DNA of 64,000 nt, from NCBI RefSeq assembly GCF_006345805.1, contig NC_042997.1, positions 142,414,001-142,478,000 of the forward strand. Reading direction: 5' to 3'. The stretch comes from Octopus sinensis. Its lineage: Eukaryota. Under the pieces are notes generated by a model. The model saw only the letters and a list, made by a program, of their open reading frames with translations. It made no database searches and had not been told where the DNA came from. The first letter of the stretch is position 1. Every line of letters begins with the position of its first letter. Positions 13,701 through 27,360 of this stretch are shown here, one piece after another. The position numbers and the translations under genes are program-made.

Positions 13701-16700
13701 GCACATTAAGCTGCTTGCCCTAAACAACATATCAGAATAATAAGTACCAATCTCACTTCACAGCTGAGTGCTTATATATATATTTATTTATTTATTTATT
13801 TACTTATTTACATTCGAAGGAACATTAAGCCATAAAGTTATATGCTTCAATAATTTCTTTGAAAATATTAAAATCTTTCAGAGCCATTTACACCTATTGT
13901 TTACTTAAGTATTAAAACTTTTTTTTAAGTGATATGATTTAACATGGAATCTTTAAGAAAAAGTTGAGAGGATGAAAAAATTAAAGAAAGGTACTGAGAT
14001 ATAAATGGAAATAAAACAAGATCTTTCTATACTTTTATGTTGTAGACCAGACTGATCTGAATGAATTTAGTTTATATTGGAAACATCAACTGTTATAAGA
14101 AAGATGCCTGAGCATGAATAAATGTAGACTATTCCAACATTTCAACAGATAATCAAAAGTGCAGCTTTGAATAGCATTGATAATTACAATGAGAAATTGC
14201 TATAAACTCTGGCTCAGCTAAATTTATTTACCACAGAAATTGATTTATAAGCAATAGCTTGTCTATGATATCATCTTCATTGTCATTATTGTCATCAGTT
14301 TTAATATCTTTTTTTTTTTACAATGTTGGCACAAGTTGGAGAAGTTTACTGTACACAAAGAATAATAATATCCAAGTGCCCTTGTTCTTATCCTCTCTTT
14401 CACATATTTTCCATTCATTGTTTATCTGAGAAAATGGTTAAGCTATTAACGGAATTTATATTTCACTTGAATCAGATTAATATACTTTTGCATCTCAATT
14501 GCTGTCATTTTTATTATACAAGGATTAATTACCTTTTATTGACAAATATGAGAATCATAACGTATTCTGTTTAATTAGAAGAAACCATGGCAAACAGTTT
14601 GAAAGTATGGTGGAAAAATGAAAATGAATGGATAATTGAAATGCTTTGTCGTTGTTATATAAATGGAACTAGAGTTTTATTACAGTCAGAACTATTTAGT
14701 CATAAATATTATCACCATCAGGATTATTTCAATGTCTGGTTTTTCCATGTTACTATAATTGTATGGGTTGATAATACAGTATATTTACATACATCTCAAT
14801 TTAGCGTTATTTTTACTGTGATACCAATATTCTTTAATTCTTCTTCATACTTATTTCAATTACTTTCACATTTCATAGATTACAACCAATACAACACAAC
14901 ATAACATTGTATGTATTAATCATCATCATCATCGTTTTAACATCTATATATTCTTCATCATCATCATCATCATTTTAAAATCTACGTTTTCATGTTTACA
15001 TGGGACAGACAAGATTCATTGAGGCATATTTGCCATAGTCGGATGCTTCTCCTGTTACCAACCCTCTCTAAGCAAGGTAATATTTTCCCCTCATCCTTTG
15101 AACTCGAACAGCTCAATGGCCAGACCTGTTTTCCCTGAAGACTGCAAAGACCACCACTGACTGACAGTGACATTTATCTAAAATTAGGGTACAATGTCAC
15201 ATCAAGAAGACATGAACACACACACACACACAGCATCAACCACGTTCAGATGGTGCTTTTTTACATGCCACTGGCACAGGGAGCAAGTCAGGGGACACTG
15301 GCAATGACCCATGCATGAATGGTGCTTATTGTGTGCCACCAGCGCAAAAGCCAACAAATCATACATAACATATTACGCTCCAACTGCTGCTTGTTTATAC
15401 ATCATCATCATTTTAGCATCTACTTTTCCATGCTCACATGGGTTAGATAGAATTTGATGAAGCAGATATTCTATGGCCAAATGCCCTTCCTCCCCTCTCC
15501 ATGCCACCAATGTTATCCAAGGGAAAGGCAAACATGAATACAGTTTGACACCAGTGACATCGCAACTCATTTCCACAGCTCAGTGAACTGGAGCAATATG
15601 AAATAAAGTGTCTTGCTCAAAAACACAACATACAACCTGGTCCAAGAATTGAACTCACTAACCACATGATTGTAAATCCGACACTAACTACTGAACTATG
15701 CACCTCCACAACGAAGATAGTAGTTAGTAGTTGTATAAATTTATGCTCAATTTGTGCCTTGCCTCCGTATTATTCTTACTGCTGTCATTAGTACTAAATT
15801 GGTTCTCAGTTAAAGTAAGCTGTCTTCATTATCCTCATCAGTATCAATATGTCCTCTTTTCTATGCTTGCATGCAACAGACAGTTTGTAGAGGCAGGTTT
15901 TCTATAGTTGATGCACTCTCTGTCACTAGCCTTCACTTGTTTCTAAGCAAAACAACATATCCTCACGACCAGATATGTGTTCATGGAACACTGGAAACAA
16001 ATAACATTATTTATATGATAATGACACTTATTTATAACTATTACAAGATGCCAAGAAGTGTGCAAAAGAAATGTGAGATAGAGAAAGAGCACGTTTCCTT
16101 CCATTTCCATCTCCTAAATGTATTCACAGCCCATGGCTATAGTAGAAGACACTTACAGTAGTATATATTAATTTATGCATGATCCCCATGTTAGTGCAAT
16201 CTAATATATGTACAGTTTTGTCTATTTGTCGGTTATCTTGCAGTGACATTGCAATTTTTATGTGGAGTTCACTGCATTTTTCCTATTCCCAATCTGCATA
16301 TGGAAACAGGACTATTTCCTAGATGACATTACACTCTGATATGCTTGCTGTGTAATGATTACCTCCAGGGTTTTCAATTCTTCCACGTAGAAACTTCTTT
16401 TGCAGCATATGCATTAAGCTGCAATGAAATCAGATCAGCATATATTAACTTTCACAGATGTCAAAGTCTTGATTTCCATTGTAATGGCCCCAAGAACTAG
16501 GATAAAGACAATCAGACAGTGACTTCAAGCTATTTGTAATTGTTACCTTATATCTTCAGTAAGCTCACTGGCTGTCTCAGCCATACTTTCAGTTTCTTCA
16601 AAATATTTTCTCAATTTAATTCTCTTGCAGTTTCATCCAAACCAGGTCGTTAAGTATGATTGGTCAGCACCTTCTAAGACTATTGTTTTTTTTTTTTGTG

Positions 16701-17435
16701 TTAGGAAAGGCATCTAGCTATAGAAGCCATGCCAAAGCAGAGAGTGGAACATTGCACATTCCTCTAGCTTTCCAGCCATTGTCAAACCATCTAACCCATA
16801 CTAGCATGGAAATCAAACATTAAATAATAATAATAATAATAATAATGATGATAATGGTGTGTGTACTCTTCTTTTCACATTCTACAATGATTATTAACAA
16901 GCATCATCATCATACGAGTAATACTCATTTCCAGTCTTCTGTAGAAAAACATTTCTGGCTATGGGAAATATTACTTTGCTTTGAAACATGTGAGGGTTGT
17001 TTATGAGAGGGGCATCTGATCATAGAAAATCTGCATGAAAAAATTCTGTCTGACTCATGCAAGAATGATTCAAGACAATGTGAATAAATAAGCATTACAT
17101 TTGACAGAATAATCTGAATACTAAAAGGTTAAATGATGATGATGAACATGGAAGAAGGCAAAAACAAAGCATTAAATAGTGTACTAAGAGCTTCCATTGA
17201 GGACAAAAATTGTCTTTTTAAATCCTTCATATAGATGTTAGCTAAAAGAGGGCAATACCTGTAGCCCTTGTGGACCCTACCAGACTAAGGTGATTGATAT
17301 AGTTGATTCATTAATGCCTGCAGTTTGATTTAGAAATATTGGGAAAGGAAATAGTTTACTGACCTTATTACATTATTATTAAAATGAAGAAAAATTATTC
17401 TTAGGAAGTGAGGCAAATTAGGAGAAACTAGTGAG

Positions 17436-17780
17436 ATTGCAATGTTACTATCAGTGTGAATATGCTTGAGGCACATTCGAATTGGGGAACAGGCTATTCA
17501 CTACATTTTGTTATGGAGAATATATCTTGATTGTTGACAAATGGTGTGTATACACCTAGATCAGCTCACAGTGCCATCTATGTAGACTGTGAGATGCTAG
17601 CATTTTGGAGTAGTTACCTCATCATCAGTCACAGACACTAAGCAGTGCAAGCTGATCTAAGTGTATACATGTCATTTGTCAACAAGTGAAATATATTCTC
17701 TGTAGCAAAATGCAGTGAGTAGCTTATTCCCCAGTTCAAACATGCATCAAGCTTATTCAGACTGATGATAAAATTGCAAT
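17436..17780. repeat. Long fold-back, 139-bp arms (17436-17574 / 17642-17780), about 80% identical, ungapped
   Basis: Manual alignment of the left arm with the reverse complement of the right arm. Confidence 0.92.
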
Positions 17781-18009
17781 TACTCTTATCACTGCTTAGC
17801 CTGCCCCCTAAACTGGATAGAGTATTTGTATAAATATGATCATTGAAGTTGCTTAAAGAAATAGTACCAAAATGGTGTACTGTTGTACAAATACACAGTT
17901 TTTTGGTATATGTGTGAAACGTTAGGAAACAAGTAGAGATGAACAGTAGGTCAGTAAACACATTGATTTGTCTTTTTTATGGCTTAGTCTGGAAGAGATG
18001 CTGTGCTTG

Positions 18010-18760
18010 AGACATTTAGAAGTCCTATGAAACTAATGGAGTTAGTATAGTTGATATTCACTGTGATTGTCTGTTGGTAGAACATGGGCAGTGAGAGAAT
18101 TCCAGAGGTGTGACCTTTTGGGAAGGAAGGGTTGAGTATATTGGGTAGTGTGGAACCTATGGAAGGAATCATGGTTGAGGTGGCATGGGAAAGAGAAGTA
18201 AATGTGTAAAGTGGAGGTGGTATATAACTAATTATATAAAAACGATGGTGAGCTGGCAGAAACGTTAGCACGCTGGGCGAAATGCGTAGCCGTATTTCGT
18301 CTGCCGTTACGTTCTGAGTTCAAATTCTGCCGAGGTTGACTTTGCCTTTCATCCTTTCGGGGTCAATAAATTAAGTACCAGTTATGCACTGGGGTCGATA
18401 TAATTGACTTAATCCGTTTGTCCTACCTTGTTTGTCCTACCTTGTTTGTCCTCTCTGTGTTTAGCCCCTTGTGGGTAGTAAAGAAATAGGTATATAACTA
18501 ATTATAGTTCAGTGGAGTAGAGGCTATTGTAGTTGTGATAGAATTATTGGAGGAAAAGAAACAGGAGATAATACATTTCTGGACCAGTAATGTGTTTGTG
18601 TTGTTGTCAATCAATTGTATAACCATCTTTTAATTGCAGTCTAGGGTACGTGTTAGGGGAATGTGGAAAGAAATATAAGGGTAGACTAAAGAAAGGTTAT
18701 GAAGATGATAAAGAAATAGGATAGACGCAGTTAAATTGCCTTCACAGATATGTTCTGATA
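18010..18760 (-). mobile_element. CR1/L2-group LINE 3' fragment split by a SINE
   Basis: Minus strand YTQPFLPKRSHLWNSLTAHVLP (the ++F+PRT++LWNSLP motif) to the left of the SINE, with weaker ORF2-like sequence to the right. Confidence 0.55.
18237..18488 (+). mobile_element. tRNA-derived SINE, family A, with 18-bp TSD
   Basis: GGTATATAACTAATTATA at 18219-18236 and 18489-18506; GAGCTGGCAGAAACGTTAGC...GAGTTCAAATTC...CCTTTCATCCTTTCGGGGTC. Confidence 0.9.
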
Positions 18761-19989
18761 TGTTGGGACTTTTTGTTTGTTTCTTTTTGGTCTTTCAAGT
18801 TAAAGGTACCTCACTAGTGCTGGTGGCACAGAAAAAGCACCCAGTTTGCACTTTGAAGTGGTTGGCATTAGAATGACTTCCAACCATAAAAACTGCACCA
18901 AAGCTGATATTGGAGGTCAACACAGCACTGCTGCTTGCCAAACTGTCCAGCTTGGAAAACAGGTGTTAAATGAAAATGATGATGATTATCTTGTGAAGCA
19001 AATGAATAACTATTTAAGATTTAAATTATTTGTAGCTGGGGTTTTACCATCTAATATTCAGGTACAATTTGTAATCACAATATTAGCAGTTGAAAAATAA
19101 GTATATCAGAGAAAATAAGATGGTTCTCAATGAATGTACAAGTTTAATTGAATTTCTATTTGATGTACTTCAATTTGTTTTTCATTCAGTCACTAAATAA
19201 AATGAATTCAGTTTTCAAAGTTTCTCTTCATAACTCTACTGTTTGGCAGAAATTAAAAAAAAAAAAAGTAAGAAAGAAGAGAATTATGTATCTGTTTATT
19301 CTTTTCTTCCTTTCTCTCTCTCTTTCTTTCTTACTTTTTCTGTTGTTGTTGTTTTTGTTTATAGCTGTAAGGGATTTTGTGACATGCTAAGATATTTCCC
19401 TTTCAGAATCTGTTTTCTCTGCATGCAAGAAATATTTACTGGAAATTACACAATATTATTTATGAAATTAAATTTTGCTTGTAATTTTTTTTGCAAAACT
19501 CATGCAAATAGCTGATGTATTTAAATATTTTTTTTATAGATTTGCTTTTAAATCATCCAATAAATATAGTTAAAAAATAGAAAATCTTTAATTATTATTC
19601 ATTTTCTGCTAATACATCCATTTTCTTTAAATTATTTAAAATATTTCTGTTTCATGTCTTACAGTGTTAAATCTTTTCAGATTTTAAAATTTTAAATAAA
19701 CTTCAAGATCCATAAAAATCTTTCACAAATATGAAAATAATTATATTTTATTAAAAAGAAGTTTCATTTATTAAATCAATAAATTAATTTCTTAAATATA
19801 AAATTTATCTATGCATCATATTCCTCTCTGAGACACAAATTTCTCTTTCTTTGTCTCTAAAATACAGTGTATTTGAGCTTTGCTCTGAAAAATAGTACAA
19901 CTTAGCTAACTTAGAAAGATTTTGGCCATTATTGGTCCAGGCCACATCTAACTTAATAGCACCACCCGGAGTAGTCTTTTAAATTGTTG

Positions 19990-20530
19990 TTTTAGGACAT
20001 CATTGCCCACATGTGTAGAGAATTGTTTACCAAGTTGTATGCAATTATCTGTGGTTTGTTTGGTATTTCTTGGAGGAATTTGTTATGATAATGTTTGAAT
20101 GTTAGAGGGTATTTTTCTTCTTTGATTCCTTTCAGAATAATGTTGAATAGGGCAGAACCAGCTGAGGTAAGAAGAAAAATAAAAATTGTGTTGCAATGTT
20201 GTTATAAGATGTGAACTTAGATTTTTGGAGAGAGAATGTGGCTCTGGAGCCAAGTATTGAGGGACTTCTGAATGGGATGCTAGCATTTTTGGACAGTGTT
20301 GATGGAATATTTTTCCCATGTTGTACAAATGCTGCAGTACTCACAGCAACGCTGGAGGGAGTAAAGTTTGAGCTTTTTGAGACAATCCCATTTGTCAAGG
20401 CCTGTCATGCCATTTATGTTTTTCTTTGTGATCGATTTCTTCAGTGCTTCAGCTCTCATAATGTTTTGTTTTATGTAAGGAGTGGGCAGTAACATTCAAG
20501 GGGAAACCTGGAAAACCTTGAGATGATGGT
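19990..20530 (-). mobile_element. CR1-group LINE ORF2 3' fragment
   Basis: Minus strand PYIKQNIMRAEALKKSITKKNINGMTGLDKWDCLKKLKLYSLQRCC (compare consensus YWERLKKLKLYSLQRRRERY), then SALFNIILKGIKEEK and NKFLQEIPNKP. Confidence 0.8.
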
Positions 20531-21908
20531 TTCAAGATCTCTGGACTGAAAAGTTCTAAGAATCATGTTATCATCACATACATAGAATTCACTCACTTCA
20601 TCATTTGTCTTTTTCTTCTGGGTTTTAGCAGTAACTGTTACCTATTATTCTGGCTCATTCTCTTCACGTTACTCTGGCTCACCTGCTGTCTCTACTGTTC
20701 TCTAAATTCCAATGGTCTCCAACTCATCAGAAAAGGTTGACTAACTGAAATTGTCCTCTTAAGTATCTTCCTTTACATTCCACATACACCAAAGACTAAA
20801 ACCACTGAACAAATGGCTACTACTACTCCGGTAACATCTATTCCTTTAAACTAGCTAACCACCTATCCCACTCCATCCAGTCACATCTGACCCACCTGAA
20901 ATTTAAAAATCTGAAATGATTTAGTATTGCAAGCCATAAAACAAATATTTTAAGCAAAATTTGCAGGAAATAATTAATAATTGAATAAAGATTTCACATT
21001 TTTAAACATAGTTATTGAATGATTTAGAGGAAGCCCTTGAAAATATTTAAAAACATTAGGTTTTGTTGAAAATTCTTTTTCAGAAATAAATTGGTGTAAT
21101 TTTCTGTAAATATTGCTTACACACAGAGAAAACAGATTTTGAAAAGGTAAACATCTTAGAAACACTTCATCTATATATCTTTCTGTCTCACCTCCTAGAT
21201 TCTGCAATAAACATTTTTCTCAATGTTACTACCTCAGAACTACAACCATCTGGGACTCTTTTTCCACTTACATGTTTGCTGAAGATATTGACCTACTGAT
21301 TTTCAAACTGAATAGAAGCCTCATTAATCTCACCAGTCTGAAGAGAGACTGCAAAGGTCATGGGTACTTCCACTTCTCCATTGACTAACTTAAAGAAAAC
21401 ACACAAAGCAACAACAAAACAAAAAAAACTCTCATTATTGATATCTTACTTGAAAATTGATTTCTGTTCTTTATTTTTGTCTTCTTAACACTGTCCTACA
21501 GTTTTTCAAATTGTAGCATTTTTCATTCTGTGGCTGAAAAAAATCAATGAAAGTAATTTTGAACACACCAAATATATTTAACGAGAACAAGAGAAACAAA
21601 TGTGCTGTGAATTTTGAAACTCTATGTTTCATTGGTTGCATTGTAATTGATAGTGTGCTTTTTGTATTCCTTTAATGTTACATTTTTGGTTAACTGAAGT
21701 TTTCTTCTTTTGGTGGGAAGAATGTGGAAGCAGAAGCATGTATTTATAATTTTGATTCAACTTCTCTTGACTCATTAAAATTTGTACTATTGCTATCAAA
21801 ATTATAATATGTATTTACGATCAATATATATATATATATATAAAAATGGTAAGACAACAAAAGAAAGAAAGAGACCTCGATATCATGTAAATAGAGGAAT
21901 TTATCTGT

Positions 21909-21946
<38 letters not shown>

Positions 21947-22720
21947 GGAGCAATTTAGGGATTATTGATTATTTTGGGTTAATTGCTTCATTAGGTGGGT
22001 TGTAAATATGTATTTTAAACTGTTATGAGTTAGGAGGAGAAATATAGCATTTCATTTAAAATGACTCTACTGCTGTTAACAATAACAACAGCTATAATAA
22101 TTGTTTCATATTTAGGCACAAGGCCAGCTATTTTGAGAGGAGGGGCTAAGTTGATTACATCAACCAGAGTACTTGAATGATAATTTTATTTTATCAACCC
22201 TGAAAAGATGAAGAGCAAAGTTAACCTTGGCGGGATCTGAACTCAAAAGATAAAAATTCTGCTAAGCATTTTGCCCAATGTGCATATGATTCTGCCAGCT
22301 CAATAATAATGATTTCTTGATTAGCCACACATAAACAAAATATTAAAATGAAGGTAGGGATTACAAAAATATTTAGGTATAGACTAGATGAAGTTACACA
22401 GGAACAGGAGGATGTTAGACAATGACCATATTAAAAATATAAGGATTAAAGAATACAATAGATATACAATTATATAGCAATAATTAAAACAAGAAATAAT
22501 TTTAAAAATTAAAACAATTTATGTGTCTTGCTCACATATAACTAAGGAGTATCTCTCATTCTACCTGCCATTTATTATACTGAAACTAAGGGGCAGGCAT
22601 GTCTCATATTACCTCTGCTTGTAACTTCACTTTGTACTTGATTCCAAATACTTGGATGGCTTTTCTTCTTGATCAAGGAATAACATACTAGCCTACAACT
22701 TTTTATGTGTCTTTTCCCTA

Positions 22721-24862
22721 ATGAATAACTTGACACGCACGCATGCATGCACATACACACACAGAGAAAAAGCAATAACTTTATTACAAATAATGGTGGC
22801 AATATTGATATAAATATTTTCAACATAAAGTCAAGCAACAACAATGTCATATATACAGTAATAACTCACTTTACGAGGACCCACTTTACAAGTTTTATTT
22901 TTCAAGTACAAGATCCAAATTTTGAATAAGTGTAACTTCCAATGTGCCCTCAAAGAAGCAACTGAAGGAACTCCTGGACAAGTTATTGTCCATTGGTTTT
23001 GTACTTGCTTGTTCTTGAAACAGTTTCTCAGGTAAGAAGGTACACTCTTTTGCAATACATTGCCACCACATTTTCCTTTTATTTATTTATTTATTTTAAC
23101 CAACTGGGATATATCTATGCCTGTACATTTTTCAGCTGATTGTGCTAAAAAAAAATGCTTTCAGTGTTATGGGAAATTAATAAGGTGCTAATATAACATT
23201 TTGACTAAAACCTGCTCTCATTTTAACCAGTGATTTTGTGTCAAGTATGCAAATAGATATATGGACACAAACATGCAAGCTGTAGAGTTACATGAATGGC
23301 TCATAGTTTAAGGGTTTCATACATGACACTTAACAAAAGTTCTGTTTTTCCTCTTTGTTCCACTAATCTGATGTGCATGCACATATGTGTTTGTCAGTAA
23401 TGGGCTTTTGAACAGCTTTCTTCTGTTAAATTCTAAAACATAGGTGGTCTTTAAACTAATCTGTTGGAGAAAAGAGAAATTTAAAGGAATTAAAAATATG
23501 TAATGTATTATTTGAAACTGAAACTATTTTTCAATCTTATAAGCTTTGCTTAATCATTAAATTTTCCTTGCATATTTTTACATTTATATATGAGAATTTT
23601 TTGATAAATCAATTTAGTGAAATAAGTTTTGTGAGCTCAATTGTCATAATGTTGACAATAGTTTTATGGTCACAACAGTAACAAATCCTTTTTTCTCCTC
23701 TTAGCCTTATTTCAACATGGCTATTTGTATTGGAGTAGAAGGAAGAGTTTGCTTGTCACAGTGTTGGTAGCACCAATATAAACTAATACGCCCCACAGCC
23801 AAACATTCGTGAAAATCAAAATATTAGCACAGATTTTTAAATATAGGGAAAAGACACATAAAAAGAAGACTAGCAACAATGAATAACTTGACACGCACGC
23901 ATGCATGCACAGAGAGAGAGAGAGAGAGAAAAAGCAATAACTTTATTACAAATAATGGTGGCAATATTGATATAAATATTTTCAACATAAAGTCAAGCAA
24001 CAGCAATGTCATATATACAGTAATAACTCACTTTACGAGTCACCACTTTACAAATTTTATTTTTCATGTACAAGATCCAAATTTTGAATAAAGTGCAAAA
24101 GTTTCTACTACCATAGCAAATGCTTCTGCGTGTTACTGAGAAATTTATAGAGGGCAAAAAAAAAAGCTTCTTAGCAAACAATTCTAGACTTGGTTTTTAA
24201 AAAGAAATCTACAGGTCCGTTCTATGAGTGCTTGTGAATCAGTGATCGCATTTACAAGTGATGGTGTGCATGAGTCTAGTGTGAGTGAAAGTGATTCAGA
24301 AAATGATTATAATAATAATATTTTTTATTATAAATGATCTTGACATTCTTTTTACTTTACATAAAATATTCTTTAAATTCTACTGTTGTTTTTTTGCATT
24401 TATTTACAAGTATTATAAATTTTATAGGTAAAATATTTTTATGGGAATGAATTACAATTTATAACATTGCTACTATGAGAAATAATTGCTCTGCTTTACA
24501 AGTTTTTGCTTTATGAGTAGTCTCCAAGAACAAACAGACTTATATATCGAGGCATTACTGTACACACACATTTTGCAGAGAGTAAATGTTAAAGGTTTTG
24601 GAAGCTATTTTGTTAATATTCTTTCTCTACTTCCCAAAACGTTTATGGACATAAATAAATCCCAGTGTGGAAAACAAACAAAAATGTGGTGGTGGTGTAG
24701 TGCAAAGGTAGGTATTTCCTTGCCTGAGGAAATGGTCCAAGAACAGACAAAGAGATAAAGAGATATACCTCTTTCTTCCAAAGAGTGGAATTAAGTGTAA
24801 CTTTCAATGTACCCTCAAAGAAGCAACTAAAGGAACTCCTGGATAAGTTATTGTCCATTGGT
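22721..24862 (+). repeat. Local duplicate pair: 22721-22932 matches 23879-24095, and 22924-22997 matches 24788-24862
   Basis: About 95% identity outside an internal microsatellite; a 22-bp exact inverted block at 22699-22720 vs 23844-23865. Confidence 0.9.
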
Positions 24863-25230
24863 CAGAAAAAAAAAATCATACAGATGTATCTTGCTTGTAT
24901 TAAGAATCAAGAGTATGGTGTGGAATAGTATGAGACATGTCTGCCCATAGTTTGTACCTTAATACACATGCAGCACAATATGAGTGTGAAATACAGGATC
25001 ATTGCTATGATATTAGCCCTGGCATATTGTCACCTTTGTAGTGCAGTTATGTGCAAGCTGCAGTGGGAGAGGTCACAAACACTGGCCCTCAAAAACCACA
25101 AAGCAAATTCCAGAGCTGTGCCCTGTCATGCAGTTAGAGAAATGGCAAGAGGTCAAAGCTGTTGGGTGTCCTAGCCCAATCTAGTGTGTATGTGGACAGG
25201 TTAGCCTTTCTGTTCTTTATGCTTGTTTTT
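24200..25230 (+). pseudogene. Possible highly degenerate piggyBac-like transposase relic
   Basis: Acidic N-terminal-like MSACESVIAFTSDGVHESSVSESDSENDY (24224), KRYTSFFQ...PSKKQLKELLDKLLSIG, and C-terminal-like SGRGHKHWPSKTTK followed by Cys-rich remnants. Motif similarity is weak. Confidence 0.3.
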
Positions 25231-25614
25231 CTTTTTAAATTATATATTTTTTTAATGATCATGTTTTATATAATTTATTTTTAAATTTGACTATTTAGTG
25301 ATATCTTTCATATTTTACTTGTTTTAGTCATTAGACTGTGGCCATGCTGGGACACTACTTTCAAGGGTTTAATCAACAACTTGATCCCAGTACTTATTTT
25401 AAAATCTGGTACTTATTCAATCAGTCTCTTTTGCTAGACTGCTAAGTTGTAGGGATGTTAACACACCAACACCATCGTCAGGCAATGGTGAGGTACACAC
25501 AAACACATTTATATGATAGGCTTCCTCACAGTTTCCATCTATCAAATTCACTCACAAGGTATTGGTCTATAGTGGAAGACATTTGCCCAAGATACTGTAC
25601 AGTCTAATTTAGCA

Positions 25615-25810
25615 TGGTTTCTAACACCAACTACTCTGAGAGTGTAATTGGTGCTTTTACGTGCCACCAGCATGGGTGCCATGTGCGTGACACCAGTATC
25701 TGCCACAACTGCAATTTTACTTGGTTCGATAGGTCTTCTTCTCAAGCACGATATAATGCCAAAGGTCTCGGTCATTCATCATAGCCTCCGTGAGACCCTA
25801 CACTTGAAAG
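25615..25810 (-). mobile_element. RTE LINE ORF-end and 3' UTR fragment
   Basis: Similar to 62580-62800 (CTTCTCAAGCAC..., GGTGCTTTTACGTGCC). Confidence 0.6.
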
Positions 25811-26048
25811 GAGCTTTTGAGGCCCAACACTTTTATAAAGACTATTTTAACAAAATTTCAATATGTGTTAGGAAGCTTGGTATTTCTGATGGCAGATTTT
25901 GGTGTATAGAATGAGATTCAGTTATTGTTGTACAATTTTTTGGCATCATCTAACTTTTCTCTAAATGCCTTGGGTGTATACAGTACATCTATTTATTTAT
26001 TTATTTGTATGGTATGTATACATGTGTGTTTGTGCATTTACACCTCTA

Positions 26049-27062
26049 GAATATAATGTTATGTACATGGTTACCTTTTTTTCTTTTTATTTGTATTGTT
26101 TATAGTAATTTTTAGATCTTACTTAATATCTGCAGGTGTCTTTTTCTTGCGTTTTTTTTTTTTTTATCAGTTTCAACCTGCTTATTAATGTTAGATAGTT
26201 TTCATGCTGTTTTTCCTAATGGCAAAAATCAGTAAGAATTCTACCATGTCAATGATTTTTATGCTGTATTTAGATCTTAAAGGTGCTTCTGTTGTTACCT
26301 TGTATTTTGGAAACAGTACAAACTGGAAGATTTTGACAAAAAAAAAAAAAAATTGAAATATTTGAAAAGCACACAAGTATAAGAGTTTTCAATAAGTTAA
26401 TAAGGTATTAGTTTCCATGTTAATAATTATTAGACTTGTCTGTTTCTGGACATAATTCTGGATGTTTAAAGTTGTAGCTTCATGCAAAATGTAGCTTTCC
26501 ATTGAAGTTAGTTATTTTATGTCACCAGGTGACTATCATCTACTTATTGCAGTCATTGGACTGAACCCATGCTGGAGCATCACTCAGAAGGGTTTAGTCG
26601 AACAAAGTGACCCAGTACTAATTATTTAAGTCTGGTACTTATTCTATTAGTCTCTTTTGCCAAACCACTAAGCTACAAGGAAATAATGAAACCAACCAGT
26701 TGTCAGGTGGTGGTGGTGGTGGTGGTGTGTGTGAACACAAATACACACACACACACACACACACACATACAGTGGGCTCCCACACAGTTTCCATTCACCA
26801 AATTCACTTACAAAGCATTGGTCAGCTTTTGAAACTATAATAGCTGGAATATAATGTTATGTACATGATTACCTATTTTACTTTTTACTTGCATCTTTAT
26901 AGTAATTTTTGGATTTTACTTAATATCTGCAAGGGTTTTTTTCTTGCTTTTTCCTTTTCTTTTCCTTTTTTTTTTATCAGCTTCAATCTGCTTATTAATG
27001 TTTGATAGTTTTCATGCTGTTTTTACTAATGGCAAAAATCAGCAAGAATTCTACCATATCAA
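26049..27062 (+). repeat. Direct duplication of about 205-215 bp (26049-26252 / 26847-27062)
   Basis: GAATATAATGTTATGTACATG...GGCAAAAATCAG.AAGAATTCTACCAT.TCAA in both copies, about 85-88% identical. Confidence 0.9.
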
Positions 27063-27143
27063 GCTTCCATACTGTGTAACTGAACCTGAAATCATATGGT
27101 TGCAAGGCGAACTTTGCAACTACCCAGCCATCCCTGCGTCAAT

Positions 27144-27360
27144 AAGGTGGTGAGCTGGCAGAATCATTAGCACACCTGGTGAAATGCTTAGTGGTATTTT
27201 GTCTGCTGCTACATTCTGGGTTCAAATTCCACCAAGGTTGACTTAGCCTTTCATCCTTTTGGAGTTGATAAATTAAGTACCAGTTGAGTACTGGGGTCGA
27301 TGTAATTGCCTATCCCCCTCCCCCAAATTTCAGGCCTTGTGCCTATATTAGAAAGAATTA
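27144..27360 (+). mobile_element. Older family-A SINE; further copies near 12695-12880, 22110-22300(-), 51345-51560, 55330-55470, 58727-58930
   Basis: Same head and GCCTTTCATCCTTT..GGGTCGATAAATTAAGTACCAG core, more diverged. Confidence 0.8.

Noticed and set aside
20211-20492. 93-aa plus-strand ORF
   Set aside because: Antisense shadow of the CR1-group LINE.
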